A DNA stretch of 64,000 nt, taken from the NCBI GenBank assembly GCA_965112635.1, contig OZ218778.1:2112001-2176000 (forward strand), read 5' to 3'. This document shows, piece by piece, positions 37,645-47,108 of the stretch (within the stretch, counting starts at the first letter, position 1; every line of letters starts with the position of its first letter). The notes under the pieces are model-generated. The model made no database searches, was not told where the DNA came from, and saw only the letters and a program-made list of their open reading frames with translations. This DNA comes from an uncultured bacterium. Its GTDB lineage: Bacteria > Oederibacteriota > Oederibacteriia > Oederibacteriales > Oederibacteriaceae. The translations under genes and the position numbers were made by a program.

Positions 37645-38520
37645 ATGAACGGTTTTAAAACCACTTTACTGATGCTTTTGCTCTTCTTAGTTTTTATGGG
37701 AGTGGGACAATGGCTGGGCGGCCAGCAGGGCCTGATATTGGCTTTTTGCTTTGCTTTGGTCACTAATTTCATTGGCTACTTTTTCAGCGATAAGATCGTC
37801 CTGAGCATGTACGGCGCCAAAGAGATAGGCCGGGAAGACGCGCCTTCTATTTATAGGGCGGTGAGCAATCTGACCCAAAAAGCCGGTATCCCTATGCCCA
37901 AGATCTACGTGATCCCGTCGGAGTCTCCCAATGCTTTTGCGACAGGTAGGAATCCCAACCATGCGGCGGTTGTTTTTACCCAGTCCATTGTCCAGATCTT
38001 AAATGACGACGAACTGGAAGCGGTCATTGGGCATGAACTTTCCCATGTCTTACACCGGGATATCTTGATCAGCACCATCGCAGCCACCATGGCAGCGACC
38101 ATCACGATGCTGGCCCATATGTTGCAATGGGCTATGATTTTCGGTGGCGTGAGAGGAAGGGACAATGAAAGGGGGGGGAACGGATTGGAAATGATCGCTA
38201 TGATCATCCTGGCCCCTATCGCGGCCATGCTTATCCAGCTGGCTGTTTCCAGGTCCAGGGAGTTTGCCGCGGATGAAGGAAGCGCGAAACTGACCGGCAA
38301 GCCGCTGGCCTTGGCCAATGCCCTTAAAAAATTGGAGGAAGGGGTTAAAGTACTGCCCATGCAGGAGGCGACTCCGGCCACGGCGCATATGTTCATTGTG
38401 AACCCCATGAGGGAAAGCTTCCTGCTCCAACTTTTCAGCACGCATCCTTCCACAGGACGCAGGATCAGCAGGCTGACCCAGATGGCTCAGAATTTGAATC
38501 AAGTTTATCGGCGCAGATAA
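37645..38520 (+). CDS. htpX: Zinc metalloprotease HtpX (M48)
   Basis: [29 protein letters not shown]. Confidence 0.95.
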   Translation: MNGFKTTLLMLLLFLVFMGVGQWLGGQQGLILAFCFALVTNFIGYFFSDKIVLSMYGAKEIGREDAPSIYRAVSNLTQKAGIPMPKIYVIPSESPNAFATGRNPNHAAVVFTQSIVQILNDDELEAVIGHELSHVLHRDILISTIAATMAATITMLAHMLQWAMIFGGVRGRDNERGGNGLEMIAMIILAPIAAMLIQLAVSRSREFAADEGSAKLTGKPLALANALKKLEEGVKVLPMQEATPATAHMFIVNPMRESFLLQLFSTHPSTGRRISRLTQMAQNLNQVYRRR

Positions 38521-38538
38521 TCAGACCAAGGGAGAGCT

Positions 38539-40257
38539 GTGCATAAAAACTTCGGGTGCGTGGTCCTTGCTTTCTTGCTTTTGTGCTTTGGGCAAAATCT
38601 GGCAGGCAAGGCGATCCCTTTCAAAAGTCTTGAACAAAATTCATATGTCCCCTCAGAGATACTGGTAAAGTTCAAGTCGTCGGCCACAGATGACCAGATC
38701 GAGAAATTCCTAGGGCAGAATAAACTCACTCGCAAGCACTTTTTTCCTCAAATTTCTATCCATCATCTGGTCGTGCCGAGCGGAGTGGATGCCGTGACTT
38801 TTCTCAACCAGATTAAAGGCAACCCGCTCGTCGAATATGCCCAGCCTAACTATAAAGTGCATGCCTTGCAGTGCACTTCCTATTCTCCGGTGACCTGGAC
38901 AGCCCTGAACGATCCCTATTACTTGGGTTCGGGAACTCAATACCAATGGAACATAGCCAGGATCCAACTAGACGTAGCTTCAAAGCATTATGTAACTTCC
39001 ACAGCCAGGCCTTATAACGCCTGTTTTGGAAATCCCAATTCAGGAACCATTATTGCGATCATGGATACGGGAGTCAGGCCGAATCATCCGGACCTGCAGG
39101 ATTTGACAGATTTAACCACCACAGCAAAAATTCTCCCCGGGGTCAATTATTCCGAGGGAGCCACAACTGCCGATGATAACAATACCGATGAAAGCGGTGA
39201 TTATGTGGGCGGTCATGGAACCCATGTCTCGGGGGTGGCAGCCGCCCAATCCGATAATGCTGCGGGCATCGTGGGAGTGGCGGGGAACTGTTATATCATG
39301 CCCATAAAAGTTTTAGATCAAAACGGCGGTGGTTCTGACGCATCCATTATCCCTGGATATTTTTATGCTGCTGACCACGGGGCTAAAGTGATCAATTGCA
39401 GTTTTGGGGGGACGACTTCCAGCCAAGCAGAGCTGGACGCCGTGACTTACGCCTACAAAAAAGGCTGTCTTATTGTGGCCGCTACAGGAAACGACGGGAA
39501 ACCGACTTTGGATTATCCTGCGGCCTATCCTAACGTTATGCCTGTGGGAGCTACGGATTCCTGTGATAAGCTGACCTGGTTCTCTAATTATGGGAATGGG
39601 ATTTCTGTGGTAGCGCCCGGAGGCGCCGGGGATGGCACTTGTTCAGACGATATTTTAAGCACCGCCAATGGTTTTGCCGGAAATCCCTGCGGCGCTTATG
39701 TGTCAGGGTCCAATGATTACGGTTTTCTGGCTGGTACATCTTTTTCATCGCCTGCCGTGGCGGGTTTGGCTGCTGTTTTATTTTCTCTGTCCCCGGCGGC
39801 TTCTCCTGATACCATCAGAACTATCATTGAAAGAACTGCCGACCCGGTGGACGGGGGCGCGGCGGGAATATGGAACCAACGCACAGGATATGGAAGAATC
39901 AATGTTGATAGGGCCATCGGATATATATTAGGGAATGTTAGTCAATCCAATAGTTCTCCAGCGGGAAGCCGCGCCTATAATTATCCTAATCCGTTTTCTC
40001 CAAAAAAGAACCTTTACACCACCATTGTCTTTAATGTGACGCGTGTCGAGGGCGTCAATTTTGCGATCTACGATTGTGCGGGCCGAGTGGCATGGGAATA
40101 TACTGTCCCGGCCAGCCAAGTAACGATAGGTTGGTATAACTTCTTGAGATGGGACGGAACTAATGCGCTTGGACAGGCGGTTGCCAATGGGGTTTATTTT
40201 TGCAAGATCAACGGCGGAGGGGTGTCGGTGATCAAAAAACTTGTGGTGCTTAAATGA
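38539..40257 (+). CDS. Secreted subtilisin-like S8 protease with a C-terminal FlgD-Ig / T9SS-CTD-like domain
   Basis: Signal peptide, prodomain, AIMDTG, GHGTHVSG, ATGN, GTSFSSP; tail YNYPNPF...IYDCAGR...WDGTN...NGVYFCKI...KKLVVLK. Confidence 0.9.
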   Translation: MHKNFGCVVLAFLLLCFGQNLAGKAIPFKSLEQNSYVPSEILVKFKSSATDDQIEKFLGQNKLTRKHFFPQISIHHLVVPSGVDAVTFLNQIKGNPLVEYAQPNYKVHALQCTSYSPVTWTALNDPYYLGSGTQYQWNIARIQLDVASKHYVTSTARPYNACFGNPNSGTIIAIMDTGVRPNHPDLQDLTDLTTTAKILPGVNYSEGATTADDNNTDESGDYVGGHGTHVSGVAAAQSDNAAGIVGVAGNCYIMPIKVLDQNGGGSDASIIPGYFYAADHGAKVINCSFGGTTSSQAELDAVTYAYKKGCLIVAATGNDGKPTLDYPAAYPNVMPVGATDSCDKLTWFSNYGNGISVVAPGGAGDGTCSDDILSTANGFAGNPCGAYVSGSNDYGFLAGTSFSSPAVAGLAAVLFSLSPAASPDTIRTIIERTADPVDGGAAGIWNQRTGYGRINVDRAIGYILGNVSQSNSSPAGSRAYNYPNPFSPKKNLYTTIVFNVTRVEGVNFAIYDCAGRVAWEYTVPASQVTIGWYNFLRWDGTNALGQAVANGVYFCKINGGGVSVIKKLVVLK

Positions 40258-41249
40258 TAAGCCGCAGAGGGTTGCTTATTTTATGGTTTGGTTTTTTTGT
40301 TTTGATCGCCTGTTTCATCTCTCTTTTTGCGGATGACGACGGCGGATCATCCCCGGCAGCTTATTTGGGTTCGGGCATTGGGTCGCGGGCTTTGGGGATA
40401 GGTGCTTTTACGGCCTTAGCCGATGATGGGACGGCTGCTTATTGGAATCCCGCAGGACTTGGTCAATTAAAAAATTTTGAATTTGATAGCCAAGTATCTC
40501 TTTTGTCTTTAAATCGTTCGCATAATTTCATCAGCTATGACCACAACTTAAATAAGTACGGCGTATTGTCCGCTATGTTGGTAAATTATTCAGCGGGTAA
40601 TGATTTGGAAGCGAGACAATCCAATACTTTAAGTCCAGACTCTCTTTTTTCGGATTCGGAAGATTGTTTTTACCTTAGCTGGGGGAAAGATTTTAATAAC
40701 CACTGGTTATTTGGGATGAACCTTAAAGTGCTTCTGCAGAATCTTTATAACCAAAATGCTTTTGGGCTGGGTTTTGATCTGGGTACTTTATATAAGGATC
40801 CTCAGGGCTGGTCTGCTGGTCTTATGTTGCAGGATGTTTATAGCTACCTTAGCTGGAATTTAAGCGGCGCTGTCGATCACCTGCCTTTTGTAGGAAGGAT
40901 TGGTTTGGCCTATCCAGTCGTGAAGAACTTGGAAGCTGCAGGGGACTTGGAAAATGGGATCAGTTATTTAACAACCTGGAAGTGGGGATTAGGCGCCGAA
41001 TACACCATGGAAGATCATTTCTTTATAAGGGCTGGTGTTAGGAATTTGTTGCCCTGTTTTGGGTTGGGGTTAGATTTTCCTTTTGCCGGTACTAGGTGTT
41101 GTTTCGATTATTCTTTGGGTCTTGATAATATCGACCAGTCGCTAATCCATAATTTATCTTTACAAGTGCGGTTTGAGAATTGGCAGGGGTTTACCAGCAA
41201 TGAGAACCCAGAAGCGTTAAACACTGCGCCAACGAATAAAAATCCTTAA
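40254..41249 (+). CDS. PorV/PorQ-like outer-membrane beta-barrel
   Basis: GSRALGIG-AFTALADDGTAAYWNPAGL N-terminus (FadL/PorV type), alternating beta strands, GFDLG. Confidence 0.75.
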   Translation: MISRRGLLILWFGFFVLIACFISLFADDDGGSSPAAYLGSGIGSRALGIGAFTALADDGTAAYWNPAGLGQLKNFEFDSQVSLLSLNRSHNFISYDHNLNKYGVLSAMLVNYSAGNDLEARQSNTLSPDSLFSDSEDCFYLSWGKDFNNHWLFGMNLKVLLQNLYNQNAFGLGFDLGTLYKDPQGWSAGLMLQDVYSYLSWNLSGAVDHLPFVGRIGLAYPVVKNLEAAGDLENGISYLTTWKWGLGAEYTMEDHFFIRAGVRNLLPCFGLGLDFPFAGTRCCFDYSLGLDNIDQSLIHNLSLQVRFENWQGFTSNENPEALNTAPTNKNP

Positions 41250-41350
41250 ACTCGGGTTATTGATGGTTTGTGAAATTCTTTGATTAGGATCGTGATAAAA
41301 TTTATCAGTTCGTTATTTTTTCTAATATCATTTGGGGTTAAGGAGAATAT

Positions 41351-42335
41351 ATGGCTGGTCATGACCTTGAATTTGAGAAGCCAATTGTAGAGATTGAGAA
41401 AAAGATTGAGGAACTGAAAAGTAACGACTCAAAACACAAAAAAGAAGACGTTGCGAAGCAATTGCAGGGATTGGAAAGCGAAGCTGTAAGGCTCAAAAAA
41501 ACGATTTATCAGAACCTTACCCCGTGGCAAAAGGTCCAAATAGCAAGACATTCCCAAAGACCTTACTCTCTCGATTATATTAAGTTGCTTTTTTCAGATT
41601 TCATCGACCTGCATGGAGATCGCCATTTTTCCGATGACCCTTCTATTGTCGGTGGCCTGGCCAAGTTTGAGGGAGCTCCCTTAATGGTCATTGGGCAACA
41701 AAAGGGCAGGGATACCAAGGAGAATCTGTATAGAAATTTTGGAATGCCCCACCCGGAAGGGTACCGTAAGGCGTTGCGTCTGATGAAATTGGCAGAAAAA
41801 TATTCGATTCCTATCGTAACCTTTATAGACACTCCGGGGGCCTTTCCTGGTGTGGGGGCAGAGGAGAGGGGGCAGTCTGAGGCCATTGCTGTTAATTTGA
41901 GGGAGATGTCAGTGCTAAGGGTCCCTATTGTTGTGGTCATCATTGGAGAAGGGGGCAGCGGCGGGGCCTTCAGCCATGGCTATGGGCGATAGGATCTTAA
42001 TGTTGGAGCATTCTATCTATGCGGTGATTTCGCCTGAATCTTGCGGAGCCATACTTTGGAAGGACCGTCTTCAGGCACCTAAGGCAGCAGGTTATCTAAA
42101 ATTGACCGCTGATGATCTATTGAAAATGAAAATAATCGATGAAATTATCTTGGAGCCTTTGGGGGGGGCGCATCGAAATCCAGAAGAAACAATTAAGGTC
42201 GTGGGGGTGTCCATCAAGAAGAATTTGGGCGAACTAACAAGTGGTTCAGTTGAGAATCTAGTCGCAGAAAGGTATCGTAAGTTCAGAACCGTGGGCAGTT
42301 TTATTAAGGAAGTATCTGCGTCTGAACAAAAATAA
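41351..42335 (+). pseudogene. accA: Acetyl-CoA carboxylase carboxyltransferase alpha, split by a +1 frameshift (probably a sequencing error)
   Basis: ORF1 LEFEKPI...DTPGAFPG...GEGGSGGA and ORF2 [22 protein letters not shown]. Removing C41971 gives GCC TTA GCC ATG = GGALAM and joins them. Confidence 0.9.
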
Positions 42336-42357
42336 TTTACTTTTGGGAGAAGTAGAA

Positions 42358-43665
42358 ATGAATACGATAGAACAAAATAAAATTGGTCTTTTTGCTAAGG
42401 TTGGCCTTTTATTCTTACTTGTTCTGACATTGGTTTTTCCTCCTCTTACATATTCTCAGCCTGCGCCTCTGATCATTCATTTGGTAGTTACGGGCCATAT
42501 TGATCCGCTTCAAGCGGATTACCTCAAGCGCGGACTGAAGTTGGCCGATAGTGAACAGGCAGAATGCGTTATCCTTCAATTAAATACTCCCGGAGGGCTC
42601 GATGAATCCATGCGCGAAATGGTTCAGGAAATCATCGCCTCTCCTGTTCCTGTGGTCATCTATATAGGTCCCAGCGGTGCCCGAGCCGCCTCGGCAGGCG
42701 TTTTCATCACTTTGGCTGCCCCATTCAAGACTATGGCTCCCGAAACCAATCTAGGCGCCGCTCATCCAGTGGATCTTTCCGGGAACAAAGCTTCCGATAA
42801 GATAACTAATGACGCTGCAGCCTTAATCAGAAGTTTGGCCCAAAAAAATAATAAGAATCAAAAAATATTAGAGGAAATGGTACGTCAAAGCATATCCTTA
42901 ACTTCTCAAGAGGCTTTTAAATCCGGTATTATTGACATGATTGTTTCAGATTTTCCTTCCTTGTTAATTAATCTTGATGGTAAAAAAATAAAGCTGACAA
43001 CCGGCAAATCCATTATCTTGCACACCAGAGGAGCGCAGGTAAGAGAATTTTCCATGAGTTGGAAGGAAAATTTATTACATAATCTGGCCAATCCCAATAT
43101 TGCCTACATTTTTATGCTTATCGGTGTTTACGGTCTTATCTACGAATTAGCCAGCCCAGGAGCTATTGTGCCTGGAGTAGTTGGCTCAATATGTCTTATT
43201 TTGGCATTTATGTCTTTTTCTAACCTGCCCTTAAATCTTGCCGGTTTTTTACTGGTTATTTTAGCTCTTGTTCTTTTTATCGTTGATATTAAAGCCTCAA
43301 CTCATGGAGTTCTTACTGCGGGAGGAATGGTCGCTCTATTTTTGGGATCTTCTATTTTATTTAATCCGGCTATGCCTGAATACAGGCTTTCTTTAGTGGT
43401 TATTTATTCCGTGGTTGTAGTCACGACCTTATTCTTTTTATTTGCTGTCCGATCAGTTTACAAGGCACAAAAGGGTAAGGTAAGGATCGGTTCAGAGATA
43501 TTGATTGGCGCGCAGGGTGTTGCTGTTACCGATATCATGCCGCACGGTATTGTGCGAATAGCCGGTGAAAACTGGAATGCCTATTCGGAAATTACGATTA
43601 CCAAAGACTCAAAAATATCTGTTGAGGGCAGAGATGGTTTTATGCTTAAAGTAAAAAAAAATTAA
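42358..43665 (+). CDS. Long-form NfeD membrane serine protease
   Basis: LNTPGGL, ARAASAG, NLGAAHPV, TM region, OB-fold tail (GIVRIAGENWNA); next to SPFH. Confidence 0.9.
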   Translation: MNTIEQNKIGLFAKVGLLFLLVLTLVFPPLTYSQPAPLIIHLVVTGHIDPLQADYLKRGLKLADSEQAECVILQLNTPGGLDESMREMVQEIIASPVPVVIYIGPSGARAASAGVFITLAAPFKTMAPETNLGAAHPVDLSGNKASDKITNDAAALIRSLAQKNNKNQKILEEMVRQSISLTSQEAFKSGIIDMIVSDFPSLLINLDGKKIKLTTGKSIILHTRGAQVREFSMSWKENLLHNLANPNIAYIFMLIGVYGLIYELASPGAIVPGVVGSICLILAFMSFSNLPLNLAGFLLVILALVLFIVDIKASTHGVLTAGGMVALFLGSSILFNPAMPEYRLSLVVIYSVVVVTTLFFLFAVRSVYKAQKGKVRIGSEILIGAQGVAVTDIMPHGIVRIAGENWNAYSEITITKDSKISVEGRDGFMLKVKKN

Positions 43666-43678
43666 AAGGAGGTAGGCT

Positions 43679-44533
43679 ATGGTTGTTGTGATAGGAATAC
43701 TTTTGCTTGCTTTTATTATCGTGCTCTTTAGCGCGATACGGATCGTCAGAGAGTATGAGAGATTGGTCATTTTTAGGGTGGGGAAATGCATCGGGCAGAA
43801 AGGTCCCGGAATAGTCCTGCTCTGGCCATTCATTGATCAGCCGGTCAGGGTTGACCAACGGGAATTCTTCATCGAAATACCACAGCAAACTTGTATCACC
43901 AAGGATAATGCGCCCATCAATATCGATTTTCTGATTTATTTTAAGGTCATTGATCCCATCCCTTCCGTGGTCCAGGTCATTAATTTTGTTGGTGCCGCAC
44001 AGGGGTTGGCTACTACTACCCTCAGGGCGGTGGTCGGTGACATAGCTTTGGATGATGTGCTGGCCAAAAGAGACCAGATAAACCAGATTATGCGAGTTAA
44101 ATTAGATGAAGCCACAGAGAGGTGGGGAGTCAAGGTCAATACGGTAGAAATCCGGGAAATCATACCACCCAAGGACGTTCAGGATGCCATGACCAGGCAA
44201 ATGTCTGCAGAGCGGTCCAGACGTGCTGTAGTGACCGAATCGGATGGTACAAAGCAAGCATCCATAACCGTTGCTGAAGGGAAAAAGCAGGCTGCAATCC
44301 TAAATGCGGAAGGGGACAGGCAAGCAGCTATTTTGAGAGCGGAAGGTTATGCCCTAGCGTTATCGCAGATATATGATTCTGCTAAAAAAATCGATTCTAA
44401 GACTATGAGTTTGCAATATTTGGATACCCTTAAAACCGTTGGGCAGGGTGCTTCAACAAAGTTTATCATTCCCATGGAGTTCACAAATCTTCTCAAGCCA
44501 TTCATTAATTACAACCAGGATCAAGTTAAATAA
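43679..44533 (+). CDS. SPFH/stomatin (band 7) protein
   Basis: IVREYERLVIFRVG, ITKDN, TTLRAVVG, WGVKV, QMSAERSRRA. Confidence 0.93.
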   Translation: MVVVIGILLLAFIIVLFSAIRIVREYERLVIFRVGKCIGQKGPGIVLLWPFIDQPVRVDQREFFIEIPQQTCITKDNAPINIDFLIYFKVIDPIPSVVQVINFVGAAQGLATTTLRAVVGDIALDDVLAKRDQINQIMRVKLDEATERWGVKVNTVEIREIIPPKDVQDAMTRQMSAERSRRAVVTESDGTKQASITVAEGKKQAAILNAEGDRQAAILRAEGYALALSQIYDSAKKIDSKTMSLQYLDTLKTVGQGASTKFIIPMEFTNLLKPFINYNQDQVK

Positions 44534-44552
44534 CTAATTCTCTGGAGGGGTT

Positions 44553-45593
44553 ATGATTAAAAGAATAGGAATCTTAACTGGCGGAGGTGATTGTCCGGGT
44601 TTGAATCCAGCTATCAGGGGTGTGGCTATGAAGGCTTTTGACTATAGCTGGGAAGTGCTAGGTATCCAAGAAGGCTGGCGGGGTATGGTGGAAGGGGTTG
44701 CCGTCCCTCTGTCCTTAAGAGATGTAGAAGATATTATTGTGAAGGGTGGAACTATTTTGGGGTCATCCCGTACTAACCCATATAAGGATCCGGCTATGGT
44801 TAAAAAATGCCATGCAAATTTTAAGAGTTTGGGACTTGATGCTCTGGTTGCTTTGGGAGGAGAAGATACCCTGGGTGTGGCCAACAAATTGTTTAAAGAT
44901 GGTTTTAATGTTGTTGGTGTGCCAAAAACCATGGATAACGACCTAAATGGGACAGATTATACTTTTGGCTTTGATACAGCAGTATCATTGGCAGCCAACG
45001 CGGCTATGTGCCTGAAAGATACGGCTGAATCCCATCGGCGTGTCATGGTTTTTGAAGTCATGGGGAGGCATGCTGGTTGGGTCGCCCTTTATACCGCAAT
45101 CACTTGTGGGGCAGATTGGGTCACAATACCAGAAATTCCTGTTAATCTTGAGGAAATGTGTGAGCACCTCAAGAAAGTAAGGGCTAGGGGTAAAAAATAT
45201 TCAATTGTTGTGATCTCTGAAGGTTCGGATATCAAAGGGCTTTCAGAAGTCAGTTCCCAGGAACAAAAGCTTGATGCATTTGGTCATATGATTTTAAAGG
45301 AAAGAAATCTTTCGGAAACTCTAGCAAAAGAAATTGAGAAACGGACAGGTTTTGAGACGAGAACCGCAGTTATAGGACATATGCAACGGGGTGGTACGCC
45401 TACCACTTTTGATCGAATTTTAGGAACAAAAGTCGGAGTTAAAGCTGCGGAGATGGTTAAGGAAGGCAAGTTTGGATATATGGCCGCCATGCGGGGATCA
45501 AGCATTATAGCTGTGCCTCTTGAAGAGGCCCTCAAGAGTTTAAAAACTGTTCCTCTCGAAGAGTATGAGTTGGCGAAAGTTTTTTTTAAATAA
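44553..45593 (+). CDS. pfkA: 6-phosphofructokinase (group III, PPi-type signature)
   Basis: TGGGDCPG, GGTILGSSR, GGEDT, PKTMDND, EVMGRHAG, GHMQRGG. Confidence 0.92.
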   Translation: MIKRIGILTGGGDCPGLNPAIRGVAMKAFDYSWEVLGIQEGWRGMVEGVAVPLSLRDVEDIIVKGGTILGSSRTNPYKDPAMVKKCHANFKSLGLDALVALGGEDTLGVANKLFKDGFNVVGVPKTMDNDLNGTDYTFGFDTAVSLAANAAMCLKDTAESHRRVMVFEVMGRHAGWVALYTAITCGADWVTIPEIPVNLEEMCEHLKKVRARGKKYSIVVISEGSDIKGLSEVSSQEQKLDAFGHMILKERNLSETLAKEIEKRTGFETRTAVIGHMQRGGTPTTFDRILGTKVGVKAAEMVKEGKFGYMAAMRGSSIIAVPLEEALKSLKTVPLEEYELAKVFFK

Positions 45594-45704
45594 TTTTTTT
45601 AAAACAAGTAAAAAATAGCAAATAAAATTGATTGGCCTCGTTTTTTGTGCTATATTCCGAATCATATAGAGGAAATATTAATAAAAAGAGGAGGACGAAA
45701 TAGA

Positions 45705-46100
45705 TTGAGGGCTCTTGGGAGACATATCCTGATTGAGCTTTATGATTGCGATAAAAATGTTTTGAATAATTTTAAACTTGTTGAAGATGCTATGATTGGG
45801 GGGGCAAAAGAGTGCCGAGCCCATATTGTACAGAGTGTTTTTCACAAGTTTAATCCTCATGGTGTAAGCGGTGTAGTCGTCATTGCTGAGTCGCATTTGG
45901 CAGTTCATACGTGGCCGGAATATGGTTATGCGGCTGTGGATTTATTTACTTGCGGAGATGATATTAACCCTTGGATAGCATATGAGTATATAGCCACCAA
46001 GTTTAGAGCAAAAAATAAGACTGCGATGGAACTTAATAGGGGCAGCTTAGATATCCCAGAAAAAGAATTGAAACACAAACCCATGAAAGTGGCTGCATAA
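45705..46100 (+). CDS. speD: S-adenosylmethionine decarboxylase proenzyme
   Basis: LGRHILIELYDC, FNPHGVSGVVVIAESHLAVHTWPE (ES cleavage site), DLFTCG. TTG start after GAGGAGG. Confidence 0.93.
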   Translation: MRALGRHILIELYDCDKNVLNNFKLVEDAMIGGAKECRAHIVQSVFHKFNPHGVSGVVVIAESHLAVHTWPEYGYAAVDLFTCGDDINPWIAYEYIATKFRAKNKTAMELNRGSLDIPEKELKHKPMKVAA

Positions 46101-46123
46101 TTATTGTTTTGCAGCTAAGGAGC

Positions 46124-46177
46124 AGGGTATAGTTAAGGAGCAGTTGTTTGCTTTTTAAACTATGCCCTTTTTTCTTT
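46124..46177 (+). terminator. Intrinsic terminator-like hairpin between speD and speE
   Basis: AGGGTATAGTT...AACTATGCCCT stem (with G.U pairs) followed by TTTTTCTTT. Confidence 0.55.
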
Positions 46178-46190
46178 AAAGGACAGAAAT

Positions 46191-47108
46191 ATGGATGTTA
46201 AAAATGGCCGTTGGTTCATAGAGTATTTTAATGAACACGAAGCGCATATGCGTGGTATTAAAAAATACCTCGTTTCAGGAAAAACAAAATATCAGACTTT
46301 TGACATTGCAGAAGAATATGTCGTGGGTAAATGCCTTATTTTGGATGGTAAAATTCAGTCTTCCCTAAAAGATGAATATATCTATCACGAAAGTCTTGTG
46401 CATCCCGCCATGATCTCCCATCCTGCCCCAAAAAAAGTAATAATCATAGGTGGAGGAGAGGGCGCTACTTTACGAGAAGTTCTCAAGCATAAAAGTGTTG
46501 AAAAAGTGTTTATGATTGATATTGATAGGGAAGTCGTTGAATATTGTAATCAGTATCTTCCAGAATGGCATAAAGGGGCTTTCAAAAATAAAAAAGCAAA
46601 GGTCATTTGCGCAGATGGTAGGAAGTTTCTTGAAAAGTCTCGTGATAAATATGATGTGATTATTATTGATATTTCTGAGCCTGTCAACGAAGGTCCTGCA
46701 TATCTATTATTTACAGAAGAGTTTTATAAAACCGTGGCTAACAGATTGTCAGATAATGGTCTTATTTCTTTGCAAGCCGGATCTACAAGCTGCTTGGAGA
46801 TAGAATGTTACTTATCCGTTCATGCTACCCTGAGGAGAGTTTTTAAATTTGTTTCTATGTATCAAGCATTTGTCCCGAGTTTTTGCACGCCATGGGGTTT
46901 TGCGGTTGCTTCCTCAAGAGTTGATGCAAAGCAATTATCGGGGCAAGAGGTTGATTTGAGATTAAAGGCTAGAGGTATTTCTGATTTACGTTATTATGAT
47001 GGTATTACTCATCATGGAATATTTATGCTTTCAAAAGATTTACGGACCACTTTGAGAAAAAAGGCCAGAGTTATTAGGGACCAAAGCCCTATTTATACAT
47101 TAATTTAG
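46191..47108 (+). CDS. speE: Polyamine aminopropyltransferase
   Basis: LDGKIQS, YHESLVHP, IGGGEG, DID, DGRKF, DVIIID. Confidence 0.93.
   Translation: MDVKNGRWFIEYFNEHEAHMRGIKKYLVSGKTKYQTFDIAEEYVVGKCLILDGKIQSSLKDEYIYHESLVHPAMISHPAPKKVIIIGGGEGATLREVLKHKSVEKVFMIDIDREVVEYCNQYLPEWHKGAFKNKKAKVICADGRKFLEKSRDKYDVIIIDISEPVNEGPAYLLFTEEFYKTVANRLSDNGLISLQAGSTSCLEIECYLSVHATLRRVFKFVSMYQAFVPSFCTPWGFAVASSRVDAKQLSGQEVDLRLKARGISDLRYYDGITHHGIFMLSKDLRTTLRKKARVIRDQSPIYTLI

Noticed and set aside
41928-42335. Independent 135-aa gene or programmed frameshift
   Set aside because: It is the C-terminal part of AccA; no slippery heptamer or separate RBS is evident.
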